Assembly: GCA_043228905.1 (NCBI GenBank)
Contig: JBHGNT010000008.1
Coordinates: forward strand, 13,764,001-13,828,000
Source of the DNA: Azolla caroliniana
Lineage: Eukaryota > Plantae > Polypodiophyta
Direction of reading: 5' to 3'
DNA length: 64,000 bases
Shown: positions 1-12,913 of the stretch, piece after piece
Layout: every line of letters begins with the position of its first letter
How positions within the stretch are numbered: the first letter of the stretch is position 1
Program-made: the position numbers and the translations under genes
Notes under the pieces: generated by a model
Told to the model about the DNA's origin: nothing
The model's database searches: none
Seen by the model: the letters and a program-made list of their open reading frames with translations, nothing else

Positions 1-924
1 TAATGTCTTTCCCTGATCTCTATATCGATTTTTTCATGGCGGCCCCCCGAGGCTCAACCATGTATGTTCCCGTCATGAATAGTTTATACACGAAAAAAAA
101 TGTTAACAATAAACTATGTTTCAGTGCCCACATATGTGGTTTCGGCTCTTTAAGTCCTATTACGAGGACCCCGAGGTGCACTTAGACCTTAAGTCTAAAC
201 ATGTGTTATAGTCATATGTATCAAGGATGTTGTATGGTCTTGGTCATATTTGAACTCGAGACCTCGAGAACAAATACATTAAACACTTGAGCCAACCAAG
301 TAAGTTGATCTTCTCGAATGCTTAATGTTTGATGCGTATAAGAGATATGCGAGGCAATTGATCATATATGTTTTTTTTTTAAAAGAACATATATTTCAAA
401 GGTCCTTATTTCGCCCTCATTTACCAAAACTATGTTGGTACGTTACCTAACCTCAAGTCTCGTAATTACGATGGCATACGCCAAATTGCAACCTAATGGT
501 CAAGCCAAATGAGCCTTCGTTTCGTAGTAGGCCCACGTGGCCCATCACATGGTCACGTCATTTCTCGTAAGAACGAGCTCATGGTGGCATCGTATCCATG
601 TAACGAGGGAGGGATGTTGGATACGTGTGTCATTGGAGCGACCTCACTTGAAGTGGGTCAAGCCCTATGTACTCAACATCATTATGGCTATAGGCGTTTT
701 AGATAATCAATTAAAGACCACTACAACATCATTGACTTAATGAAAAAAAATGACATATAAACTAAACACATGATTAGATGGGAGAAGAGAGAATAGAAAA
801 AAAATTATGGAAAGAGTTACCAAAGTTCTTTGTTGATCGTTGTCTGGATCAAGGCCGACCGCACATCGATCGATCACCATCAATCAAAAGACAAATGAAA
901 AACAAAGAAACATTAGTACATAAA

Positions 925-1370
925 TCTGATACCAAATATTAGAGATCTAGGTACTAAAGTAAGCTTAAGATAAGGATAAACAAATGATAGATAGAAAGGA
1001 GAAAGAGAAAGAAGGGTGCTGATCCACCCGACCACCCCTGAGAGAAGGGATCAAGACGGACTCGAGCCTCGATCGGCATCCCATACCACCGCCGTGGCGT
1101 CGAGTCATACCTGGTGTTGGCGCGCTCGCTACAAGAGTTGACCCACCACAAGAGCAGAGTCTCGATGTAGTCAAAAGATGATCAAATGAGGGTAGCTAGG
1201 CCTCTTATTTATAGCGACACCCAAGGCCCCCAAGCAAGTTCACACTTGACCTAATGGGTTGTCTCAATCCCGAGGATTAAAAGTAATCCTCCCCTTCTTT
1301 ACACTCTCGCTTAACCCTCACACTTATCCATGTGTATAGAATACTACGGTAAATTCTCACCACGGGATAT
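925..1370 (-). repeat. LTR remnant with tRNA-iMet PBS
   Basis: TCTGATACCA at 925-934 is the reverse complement of TGGTATCAGA. An LTR-like segment starts at 937 and has a minus-strand TATA (CTATAAATAAGAG, ~1203-1213). The right boundary is approximate. Confidence 0.5.
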
Positions 1371-1379
1371 TAAATGGTC

Positions 1380-2430
1380 ATGCCCGTAACAAGCAGCTAT
1401 GCTCAGAAAAGTTCTGATGGATGTCATCTTTACGAATGGTGCGAAAATCTCGTCGAATTCGACAACCTTTTTCTATTGGAATCCCTTCATCACAATGTGG
1501 GCTTTATATCTAGGTTTGTTGTCAGCTTCTCTAGTCTTCCTGAGTGGTCTCTTACCTTTCGGTAACTCAACCAGGTAGTAGGTGTAATTTTTGTGCAAGG
1601 AGTCCATCTCGATTTGCATTGCACTCTACCATTTCTCCTTGTGCTCATCAATCATGGCCTCATCATAGCACTCAGGTTCACCTTCATCAGTCAAGAGGTT
1701 GTATTGACTGACATTTGTAGTCGATGCTCTTCATTCTCTCAGTAGGTATCTCCTTCCACCCATTATCGGCTCCAGTTCGGATGCCTCTGCCGACTCTTCT
1801 CTTGGCTCAAGTTCATATGTGTTGATCAGTCATTGAGGGTTAGCTTGATCTGACTCGTATTCCTCGATCGACTTTAATAGGTTTTCCAACTCCTACTCAT
1901 CTATATTGGTCGGTTGCTCCGAGTTGACTGACTCGGATTCGGCTGTTCCGACTAGTTGCCTCAGATAGCTGACTGTGTCGGTTCACTTGGCCATAAGTTG
2001 GTAGTAGTGGGAGTTGACTAGGAAGTCAATTCCAACTTCTGTTGCTTCCGATCCTCAATCGTCTTGTCTTCCAAGAAGACTACGTGTCAACTCCTCACTA
2101 CTTTCTTATCGACTAAGTCCCACAACCTGTAGCCAAACTCTTCCTCCGAGTATCCCATGAATATGCATGGTTTCAACTTGTTGTCGAGCTTCGACATCTA
2201 ATCCTTAGCCACATGCAAATACCCTAAACATCCGAACACCCTCAAGTGTCGGTGTGAGACATCCTTGCCTGTCCACACCCTTTGTGGGACATCACCTTTC
2301 AATGGTACTGAGGGAAACTTGTTTATCAGATAAACAATTGTATACATCGCTTCAACCCAAAATGGGTTTGGTAGTTTAGCATGAGAGCGTGATCCTTACT
2401 CTCTCCATGATCGTTTGATTCATCCTCTCT
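1380..2430 (-). pseudogene. Degenerate Ty1/copia integrase C-terminus to RT start
   Basis: Minus-strand translation gives PRYKAHIVMKGFQ*KKVVEFDEIFAPFVKMTSIR (copia RT). Integrase-like pieces (HLRVFGCL, KLDNKLKPCIF) lie at 2100-2420. Many stops. Confidence 0.8.
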
Positions 2431-2584
2431 GCAAGTCCGTTGTCGTGAAAATCCGTCACTATGTGTCATGATATGACCATAGAACGTAATATTCGTGTTC
2501 GTGCAAGCATTCAAGTGTTTGGAAACGAACACGTTTGAAATGGGAAAAATACGTGGTCCTTTTTTTTCCATTTATTGTTATTAC

Positions 2585-3125
2585 AATTTAGCTCACCCTA
2601 GTGGTAAGGAGTCATGCTATTGTTGTCTATGTCTTGGGTTCGATTCTCAATTTTCTCATCTCTTTCTCTCTCATTAGTACCATGTCATAGCAAAAATTTA
2701 TGTTAATGTTATAATAGTTATTTTATTTTATTTTTTTATTATTAGAACTAAGCACAACCTAGTGGTAAATTGTTGTGCTACTATTACTTGTGCCTTGGGT
2801 TCAATTCCCAACTTTCTCATATCCTCTTGCCTCTTGTTAGTGTCATGGAAAAATTTTATGTTAGATTTTATGTTAGTGTCATGTTCCTTTTTCTTTCTTT
2901 CTTTCTTTCTTTCTTTCTTTGTTATTAGAAATTAGGTCACCCTAGTGATAAGCTGTTATGCTACTACTACCTATGTCATGTTTTCTTCATATTCTCGAAT
3001 ATACATTTTATGTGTTTTTGATCGTTTCTGTCTTTCTTTCTTTGTTATTAGAAATTAGGTCACCCTAGTGGTAAGTTGTTATGCTACTACTGCCTATGCC
3101 ATGTTTTCTTCATATTCTCGAATAT
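2585..3125 (+). repeat. Four degenerate tRNA-like repeat units
   Basis: CCTAGTGGTAA-like A-box motif at ~2597, 2759, 2941 and 3064. The first two units have a downstream B-box-like GGGTTCGATTCTC or GGGTTCAATTCCC. Confidence 0.5.
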
Positions 3126-3139
3126 ATATTTTATGAGTT

Positions 3140-3272
3140 TTTGAATGTTTGATTATAATCTCTATAGTTTATACTCATTTTTTTGTAAAGTTCTAAAGTG
3201 AGGATGATAGTTTGATTATAATCTCTATAGTTTATACTCATTTTTTTGTAAAGTTCTAAAGTGAGGATGATA
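3140..3272. repeat. 63-bp tandem duplication
   Basis: GTTTGATTATAATCTCTATAG...GTGAGGATGATAG occurs twice in tandem; the duplication is also visible in ORF 3131..3352. Confidence 0.85.
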
Positions 3273-3906
3273 GAGATGTTTTGATTCACATCCCAAAAGT
3301 ATGCATGTGATACAATGCAAATATTGCAACCATACTTATGTTGGTGGTTCACAATGGATTAGAGTCCACTTATTGCAACCTTTTGTTACATGGGTCTAGC
3401 TCTTGACCATTAGACTATATGTTGTAATACAAAGGATATTTTTCATTTAAATTTTACTATAGAAAATTGATGTATATTCCAAATTTCTCTGGAACATTCT
3501 AGAAACTTCAAGATTACTCCTGAGAACACTATAAAAGGAGGCACAAGGCATTATTTCAAACCAAATCGGTTCAACGCCAGTCTTAAGCCTCCTAGCTACT
3601 ATTGTATATTCTATTAACATAATATATATCTTTTGTTATCATCAGTCCCCCCCCCCCCCCCCCCCCCCCCCTTCTCTCTCTCTCACTCTTTCCTTCTCTC
3701 GAGAGTTCTACACCTCCCTTAGTACAAATCCTCATCTTTTAGTACTAATTCCTTCTTTGTCTTAGTACTGTTCTTGACAGTACTTCTTTGCCTTAGTACT
3801 ATTCCTGATAGTTTGAACCGATTTTTAGTCTCCTTCCTTCTCTTCCTTATCTTCTTACTTCTCGCTCCCTTCATACTAATCTCGTATTCCTCTTTTCTCT
3901 CATCCT

Positions 3907-5057
3907 ATGGCCACTATTAGCGCTCAAGAATATCAATCCATTTTCTCGGAGTTGCAATGCTTGAAAGAGAAGTTTCTTGCATTGGAACAAGAAAATCAAC
4001 GACAATTGGGGGAGCTTCAACAAATCTCCTTAGAGAAGTAGCAGACGCAACAACAACATGGGGAACTAGCGTTACGCGTGCAACAACTCGAAGCAACCAT
4101 AGTAGCGATGCAAAAACAAGGACCCAATACGCAAGGGATTCATAAAGAACCCAAGATCGTCCTTCCCATGAAATTCGATGAAACGCGATTGTAGTTTAGA
4201 GGACTCCTTAATAAAGCACGATTAGTCATTCAAATGCATCCTTCCTGATATCCCACCGATGCATCATGAGTGGGTTTTGTAGGCACGTTGTTAGTGGCTC
4301 AACTTTGGCATGTTTCGCTCCATTGTTAGAAAAGGAATCTCCTTTACTAAACAATTTTGAAGAGTTTTTAAGTGAGTTTAAAGCCTATTTTGGAGATACT
4401 GACACCATAAGGACAACGATCAACAAAATTCGACGATTACGTCAAGGTGATTGTCCAGCCTCCGCATACACTGCACATTTCCACATACTCGCCTCTGATA
4501 TCCACTGGGATGACCAAGCACTAATGGAGAAATTTCATTATGGTCTACGTAACGATGTCAAGGATTAACTCTTGATATTCCCCAAAAAATCAAAGTCATT
4601 GACAGAAGCAATCAGTCATGCGGTGAGATGTGACAACTGTCTTTTCGAACGACGTTCAGAAAGTCAGTTCCAGATGCCAAGGGCAAGATCAGAGCCCACC
4701 TACGCCTCAGTGGTAGCAAAACCTTTTCCAAGGGAGTCATATAATACGTCTCTAGTGAATACTCCAATTCCAATGGAAATTCACACTACACGTCGTCGCA
4801 AACCATTACCGGAAGAAGAAAAGGAGCGACACCGAGCAAATCAACTATGTCTTTATTGCGGTGGACCAAGGCATATTGCAGTGAACTGTCCCCATAGGCC
4901 AAGAAGACAGGTAAACCAAATAGTTGCTAGTTCTAATTGTACTAAACACGAGTCTATTTCAGTAGGAATATTTGATAGTCCTAATAATACTAATAGCCCA
5001 AATCTATCGAACAAATTAGATGTCCTTAGTCAGTTAGAAGAAGAGTTAAACGATTAA
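3907..5057 (+). pseudogene. gag: gag pseudogene of chromovirus copy 1
   Basis: ATG at 3907; fragments colinear with the intact gag at 43552-44709, including the CLYCGGPRHIAVNC zinc knuckle; internal stops and frameshifts. Confidence 0.9.
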
Positions 5058-8000
5058 GTACAACCAAAATATGAGTTGTTTGGTTGGACAACCCTAGATC
5101 TGTGCAGCCCATTAGTGGTTCCATTCCCTCTAAGCAAGTTAGCAATGTGTTCTTAGCCCAAGTTACAGTTAGTACTAAAAGTACCTCTCTAGTAAATGTC
5201 TTAGCAGTCCTAGATTCCGGAGCTAATTCTTGCTTCATGGATAGGAATTTTGCCCAAGCTCATCAGATATCACTAAGAAAACTCCCGTGTCCAGCCTCTA
5301 TAGTAGTCATTGATGGTCGTCCCATTGCTTTCGGAAATATCATAGAAGAGTCAAAGCCCGTTAATATTGTTCTAGATAATTTAGCGTGTGTAGTATCCTT
5401 TAATATAATTAGTATCCCAGAACATCCCATTGTTTTGGGGTTACCATGTTTCGAATTACATAACCCAGACATAGATTCGAGAACATGAGAAATCCGGTAT
5501 CGACAAACCCGAGGAACTACTGATAAGATTGCAACCATTTCACTACATCAGTTGCGTGAGGAAGGACGTAAGGAAGAAATGTTTCTATTCATAGTATCAG
5601 TAAAACCCTCCAACACCACTAAAGCAGAGTTCACCGTTCAACTTCCAGAGAAGTATCGTCATTATGCCGATGTGTTCAATAAAGTACAAGCCAATATGCT
5701 TCCTCACCATCAACCGTATGATTGCCCCATCGATTTATAACTAGGAAAAGAGCCACCATGGGGACCAATCTACAATTTGTCACCAACCGAGCTAGAAGTC
5801 CTTCAAACCTATATAGAGGAGAATTTGGCAAATGGTTTCATTCAACATTCGAAATCTCTTGCCGGCGCACCCATTTTCTTCATCAAGAAAATGGATTGAT
5901 CACTTCGTCTCGTCGTAGATTACCATGGCTTGAATAAGGTCACCATCAGGAATAGGTGTGCACTTCCCCTTATCTCAAGTATTTTAGAACGGATCAATGG
6001 TGCAAGGTTCTTCACAAAGGTCGACTTACGAGGAGCATATAACCTCGTACGGATCCGACCAAGAGATGAATGGAAGACCGCATTTCGCACTAGATATGGG
6101 CACTTCGAGTATACAGTCATGCCATTCAGCCTCACTAATGCGCCAACAGTATTCCAGCACATGACAAATGATATATTCCAAAATCTCTTGGATGTTTGTT
6201 TGATCATCTATTTGGATGATCTACTAGTTTATTCGAAGACCCAAGAAGAGCATGATTCTCATGTACTATTAGTACTAAAACAACTTTGAGAACATGGTCT
6301 TTATACAAACCTAGAAAAATGTAGTTTCGGGTGCAACCAGGTGGAATTTCTAGGCTATGTCATCTCCTCGGAAGGCATCCCCATGGATCTAGCTAAGGTC
6401 AAAATGATGGTAGAGTGGCAGACTCCATGTTCGTTGCGAGATGTGCAATGTTCTTCAAGCTTTGCCAATTTTTACTGCAAGTTTATACAGGATTACTCAA
6501 AGCTTGTTCTGCCTCTCACACAGCTTACCAAGAAGGGACAATTGTTCATTTGGTCTAAAGAAGCAGACATGGCTTTTGAGCATCTTAAGAAGGCATTTAC
6601 ATTAGCTCCTATTCTAGCTCATGTTGATTCGAAAAAACCATTCATCATCGAAGCAGATGCGTCGGATTTTGCCTTGGGTAGCATTCTGTCACAACAAGGC
6701 GATGATAAAAAGCTATTAGGAGCTATTAGCAATACTGGACTCTTTTACACAATGGAAGCATTTTCTAGAGGGATCTTCTCATCAAGTCACCGTATTCAGT
6801 GATCACAAAAACCTTGCCTACTTTTATAATGCCCGTGTGTTAAATCAATGTCAAGCTCGGTGGGCCCAATTCCTCACTTGTTTCGACTTCAAAATTACAT
6901 ATCGTCCAGGAAAGCAACAAGGGAAGACAAATGCATTATCACGGCGCTCATATCTAGCATCACGTCTTGACGAGCCAGCTTTCGATAACCAAAAGCAAGT
7001 AATCCTACGACCGGCACGACTGCAAGCAACGCAGGTCTTCGGTATGCCCTTGGATTCCCACGTTATCGATACCATACGTGAGGACTTGTAGACAGATGCT
7101 TTTGCCCAACCCATTCTAGCACAAATTGATCCCTCTCGAACATCTTGTTCATAGTCGCAACAACCAGGTACGGACTATTGACAATTCGAATGTCATGATG
7201 GATTTCTATTCTTTAAAAACTCTTGTATATTCCTAATGGTTCTTGTCGCCTTCGAGTAGCCCAAAACTATCATGACACATATACAGCTAGGCATTTTGGT
7301 AGTACTAAAACATTAGATTTAGTACAACGATCATTCTGATGGCCCCATATGCGCAATTTGTCGAAGATTTTGTTCGTACTTGTGATACATGTTGCAGAGC
7401 AAAAATGCCAAGGCATCATCCATATGGTTTATTAGAACCATTACCAATTCCAAGCAAATTGTGGCAATCCATTGCTCTAGATTTCATCACAGATCTTCCG
7501 GTCTCTAAGGGATTCGATGCAATCTTAACAATAGTAGATCGATATACGAAGATGACCCATTTCCTACCATGTACTAAGGAAATCTCCAGTGAGGAAACCG
7601 CCGAAACTGTCATGCGTGAAGTATGTCGGCATCATGGCCTTCCCAACAGTATCATCAGTGACCGTGGATCCCAGTTCGTTTGGAAATTCTGGAAGCACCT
7701 CTTTAAAATGCTCAAGGTCCCTTGTAACCTCTCCTCTAGCTACCACCCATAAACTGACGGCCAAACAGAACGAACAAATCAAAAGCTAGAGCAGTATCTT
7801 TTGTTCTTTCTAAGCTATCATCAAGATGAATGGGCGGATATTTTCCACTTCGCCAAATTTGTGTATAATAACTCTGTCCACTCATCGACAAAGGTTACAC
7901 CATTTTATGCTTATACGGGCTGTCACCCCAAGTGGTGTGTATTTGAAACCAAAGAGTTACACACACAAATCCTTGTGCAGAGGATCGTTTGGAACGGTTA

Positions 8001-8263
8001 CGCAAGATACAAGCTGATTTATCTACTCATCTACAACAAGCTCGACAAACACACAAGGTTTACGCGGATCGTCATCGGCTTCCATCTAGTTTTAACATTG
8101 GAGATCGAGTATGGCTACTACGACGACATATCAAGACTACTCGCCCATGTGAGAAGTTGGATTATAGGCGATTCGGTCATTTCTGTATTATTGGAAAAAT
8201 TAATGATGTCTCTTTTCATCTCGATCTACCTCCACAACTTCGGATACATCCGGTGTTTCATAG
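5050..8263 (+). pseudogene. pol: pol pseudogene (PR-RT-RH-IN) of chromovirus copy 1
   Basis: VLDSGA, YLDD, EADASDFALG, CDTCCR and SDRGSQF motifs spread across broken ORFs. The sequence resumes at 12958 after the LINE. Confidence 0.92.
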
Positions 8264-8336
8264 ATAGATAGATAGATAGATTATATTATCGTCTTCGGAG
8301 GTCAAATATGACCTATGAGACCAAAAATATTACATT

Positions 8337-11300
8337 TCACGTGATATGTGTGAAAGTGAGTAGTGACTCTCGATGTTCAAGAACTTTACCAATGAATGTT
8401 GCAATCGAGAGTGCACATTGTGGTTGTGAGAGGAATTCATGCAAAGATTGGGCTCGATCGAAGAGATGTGTAAAGCATGGTCGAATATGATCAAAGGCAG
8501 AGCATTGTATCAAAGTGTGATACTCAGACTCGCGAACTTGTTTAGGGCAAAGTGTGCATACCCGACCACTCTCATCACTTGTACCCCAACGCCCTGTTTC
8601 ACATCGCAATGCATGTGAGCTAAGTCGCATGGAAGCAATGGTTCGAATGGAAGATAACGGTATGGGCTCTAACATGTATGGATGTGTACGATTTCCCCGT
8701 TCCGCGAAGAATATGGTTTTGTAGTTAGGTGCAACATGTGTAGTATAATGTGTGAAGCGTGAGCCTCCACATTTGTCCCATGTCATGATACATTGGCGTT
8801 GCAAAAATGCCTCATTTACAGAGGAATCTAATGATGCATCATGAAGCAAGTGTCTCGCATCCCATCTACCAAACCATTTTTCTATATCTTGCATCCAACC
8901 GGAACACAAAATTTTGCTTTTATGCGTCTTTTGGATCTTTTTGCTTGCTTCCCACGCAATTCTAGGAAGTCGATGTGAGGGACTTTTTTGAACCTTAAGC
9001 ATGTATTCAACAACCCTTTCCATGGCCATGATCTCAATGGGAAGCGATCCCGTCTCAAGGAGGAGGAGGGTGTAGGGCGTTTGTTTCTTAACTTGTAGAA
9101 ACTTGGTAAGAAAATGCTTTTGGACATTTTCAAACTCTTTCCACATAGATTTAGGGATGCTACCGCCCCATACTTCCACCCCATAGAGAAGAACCGGTGT
9201 CACCAAAGTGTCGAAAAGATATTTCTTGAGGACCCAACACTTAATATCTCCAAGATTGCATGTGTTCTCAAATGCATAGTATGCTCGCTTGCCCGCCTCT
9301 AAGCGGCGTGTAGCACATTCATTCCATCTATGATTTGAAGGAACTTCAAGGCCAAGATATTTGAAGCTTTCCACACATTCAAGTGGCTCATTGTTGTACA
9401 TAATGCATGGTTTATCTCTTTTTTGGCTCTTCACAAGCATAATCTTTGTTTTAGAGCTATTGACACTTAATTTAGTATGCATGCAAAATTTTTCCAATGC
9501 CTTCATAAGCTTTTGTGCATCTCCTAAAGTATTTGCAAAAAGCACTACATCATCTGCATATAGCAAAAGCATAATCACAACATTCCCAATGGCAAATTCT
9601 TCAACACATTCTTCCTTTGCAAACTTGGTAACCATTTCTTCCAATTCATCAATGCATAGACCAAATAGTGTTGGTGAGAGTGGGCATCCTTGCTTAACAC
9701 CAATAGTGCTTTTGAAAAAATCTGAAAGTTTATCTCTCATGCGCACACAACATATAACCTTCTCATAAATTCGGGAAATTGCAAGCATATATTCACTTGG
9801 CACCTCAAGTTCTTCCATTCGCCTCCAAAGATGCTCACGAGGTACCATATCAAAAGCTTTCTTGAAGTCTACAAAGCAACAATATAAACCTTTACCTCTA
9901 AGGCGACTTTCCTCCGTTAATACTCGAAGGGTGATAAGGTGATCAATGGTGCTATGGTGTTTCCGAAAGCCAGCTTGTCCATAGGCTCTCTTACCACTTT
10001 TTTCAGCCCATACACTTATCTTTGATTCCATTATACATCCAAATAGTTTTGCCATTAATGAGCCAACCATGATGGTTCGATAGTTGTTTACATTATTTAT
10101 ATCTCCACCTTTATGTAAAGGTTTGATCCAATTTGTAGTCCAATCGTACGGCATACCATGTTGCAATGCATCATTAAACATATCGCTTATCCATATATGT
10201 GCTTCCTTTCCCGTCCATTTTGAGCATTTCAGCCTTTATACATTGAAGATCGCTTGCCTTTCGAGAGGCCAATTTCTTAAGTCCTATGCATATATCTTCA
10301 ATTGTAAAGAAGGGAGGCATATGTGAAAGAGAACCATAACACATCATCTTTCCGGCAAGAGATAACTCATATAAATTCTTACAATGCATAGACAAGTCGT
10401 GAAGAGTTAAGTCACCATAACTCTCAACACGTTTTCCCTTTAGATTTCCCCAAAATTTAGCACATGCATGTGCTTTCTCTTGCGTTTGGATAAGTTGTTG
10501 AGTAACTTCCCATATTCTTCTCTTTCTTTGAATAAGCCTTTTATACTCATGCAAATGCTTTTGGTAATTCTCTTTATCCTTAACTACATCCAAAACCATA
10601 AGGCACTTTCGAGCTTCATGACATTCTTTATCAAACCATTTTTTCCTAAGTTTCTTGGTGCATTTCCAAGATGTGCGATTGGTCGAAAAACATTTGTTTG
10701 TACATGAGAGAATGACTTTCTTGAAAGCTTCCCATTTGCATTCTAGTGTGGCACCATGTTGTATCTTTGTCATTTGTAACATATCCTCAACCATCTTGGA
10801 ATACATGGGTGCTCGCTTAAGGTTCATGCTCAAGTGCGGTTGTTTATTATCTTCAATAGCCTTCTCACAATCAAACCTATGCATACATTTGAGATCGATA
10901 CATAAAGGCCTATGATCGGATTCCGGTGTCCATTCACCAAGTGAGAATTTATGTATACGATCCAAAATACATTCGGAAAGTAGCACATAGTCAATCACAC
11001 TATTTCCATTGTGTTTTCTACATGTAAAACCATTAGTGTTGGGCCATAAGGAAATACCATTTGCAATAAGCAATCCGGTACTATTGCACATTTGTAGGAG
11101 TAACTTCCCAAATTGGTCCGGATCTTTTTCATCGCTAGAAGAGCGGTTATACATTTGCATATCCTCTTGCATCCTTGAGATATGTGGCATGAAAGATTCT
11201 TGTGAATCAAGTTGGAAACTTCTTGTACGAGCATTCATGTCACCAAAGACAATAACTTCCCCTTTGGATTTGAAATAAGCAATATCATCTTCTAGATTGG

Positions 11301-11712
11301 CAAACGGTTGATCTTTATCCAAACAAGCATAAAAGTTAGAATCTTGATGAGGGATGTAACATCCAACTACAAAAGTGGGCAAATCATTAGGTGTTTCTAT
11401 TTTGAGCCATATGTAGCATTTATTTTCATCATTTTTTATGATTGACACATATTTCTCTATTTCCTTCTTAATCAAACATGCCACCCCTCCTTGTCCTCTT
11501 CTTTGTCTTGGATTTTTCTTCCATATCAAAGAGTGTACATTATAGTTTCCTAAACCTTGAATCCTTTGAGTATCATGCTCCCATGTCTCAACAAGAAGTG
11601 TGATATCCGAGTCATCGGTGAACTCCTCTATGCCAAATCCCGCATTCCATGGGTATCCATTGCAATTCCAAAAGCATAGTCGTAAAAGGCGTGGGTTAGT
11701 CTCATAGATCAC
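8337..11712 (-). pseudogene. LINE ORF2 (AP endonuclease + reverse transcriptase) with one frameshift near 10220
   Basis: WNCNG, ETW, GDMNA, IDY and SDH APE motifs (10174..11712). QAGFR, FVDFKKAFD, GVKQGCPLSPTLF, YADD and KYLG RT motifs (8337..10181). Removing one base in the T run near 10218-10221 joins the two frames. Confidence 0.92.
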
Positions 11713-11718
11713 GTGTCC

Positions 11719-12588
11719 CTATTTGCCTACATTTCCATCTTTAGGCACATCCTTAACCTTGTTTTTCAATCTTTCTTCATATGCTTTACGACGAGCATTT
11801 TGTTGTGAGATAGTACGATCTTCACTCACAAAGCATTGTGTACCTTTGAGGTATACCCAACTATTTTCGAGTATGATCCGCCGCTTTGTATCATCTGTCA
11901 TTGTGCATACAATAGGCCTTTCCCCGGAGCGACTAACACCATGTTTCCCAACTCGGTGTGCCCCATATACATTCACATCTGACATCCCATAATGCATGCT
12001 AAAAAATTCACCAATGGCCTTTCCAAGGGATGCGGGTGTTTCAATACTCTCTTCTTTAATCCCACGGATGACAATGTTCTTTGATCGTCGTTCACGTTCT
12101 TTCAATTCTCGGACATCTATGTTTTCGATATTCTTCTCTTGATGCATCACATGCATACTAGATGAGTTTGATATCACATCCCCACCACATACATCGGCCC
12201 ATGACTTCGTTGTACATACATTTTTCATCTCACTTACATCCCGCCTCATCGTGTCCAATTTTTCTTCTTTTAATGCTTCCTTTAACTCAATCTTGTTAAG
12301 GCGTTCATTTGTTTCAAAAGAAGCTCTTTTACATTCTTGAATCTCTTCTTGAAGTTTTGCAACCACTTGTTTAAGACTTTCATTCTCAATGACAACACTT
12401 TGGAGCTTAGTATTCTCTTTCATTAACGTCCTAATCTCTTCACCTTGCTTGTTTATGGTTTCTTGAAGAGAAATCAAGTGACTCATAAGCATTTTGTCCA
12501 TTGCATTAGAATCAAGATTTGTTGGTGATCTCGGCTCATTATCAATTATACCCCCAAACTTTGCGGCGGTTTTACGAGTATTTGCCAT
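11719..12588 (-). CDS. LINE ORF1 (coiled coil + RRM-like domain)
   Basis: 289-aa open ORF with a heptad-rich N half, then ERERRSKNIVIRGIKE ... HRVG ... RPIV ... FVSEDRT, typical of LINE ORF1 proteins. Confidence 0.88.
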   Translation of the reverse strand: MANTRKTAAKFGGIIDNEPRSPTNLDSNAMDKMLMSHLISLQETINKQGEEIRTLMKENTKLQSVVIENESLKQVVAKLQEEIQECKRASFETNERLNKIELKEALKEEKLDTMRRDVSEMKNVCTTKSWADVCGGDVISNSSSMHVMHQEKNIENIDVRELKERERRSKNIVIRGIKEESIETPASLGKAIGEFFSMHYGMSDVNVYGAHRVGKHGVSRSGERPIVCTMTDDTKRRIILENSWVYLKGTQCFVSEDRTISQQNARRKAYEERLKNKVKDVPKDGNVGK

Positions 12589-12854
12589 TGAAGGGACAAA
12601 CCCTACGGGAAAAGAGAGACAGAGAGGGAAGGAGAGAGAATGTACCTTTCACTCGATTTAGGGCTTCAAAATCTACCTTCCGTTTGAGGAACCGTGGGGT
12701 AAAGATGGTTGCGGATGAAAATGCTCATAACTTCTCGCTACGGTAACGGAATTCTGTAAATGAACATTCTTTAGAAAGCTCTCTCAAAGAGCTTTCCAAC
12801 GAGCTATAGAACGTAGAAAACGATGGCCGGAGTGAACTTACAGAGAGCTTTGAA

Positions 12855-12913
<59 letters not shown>

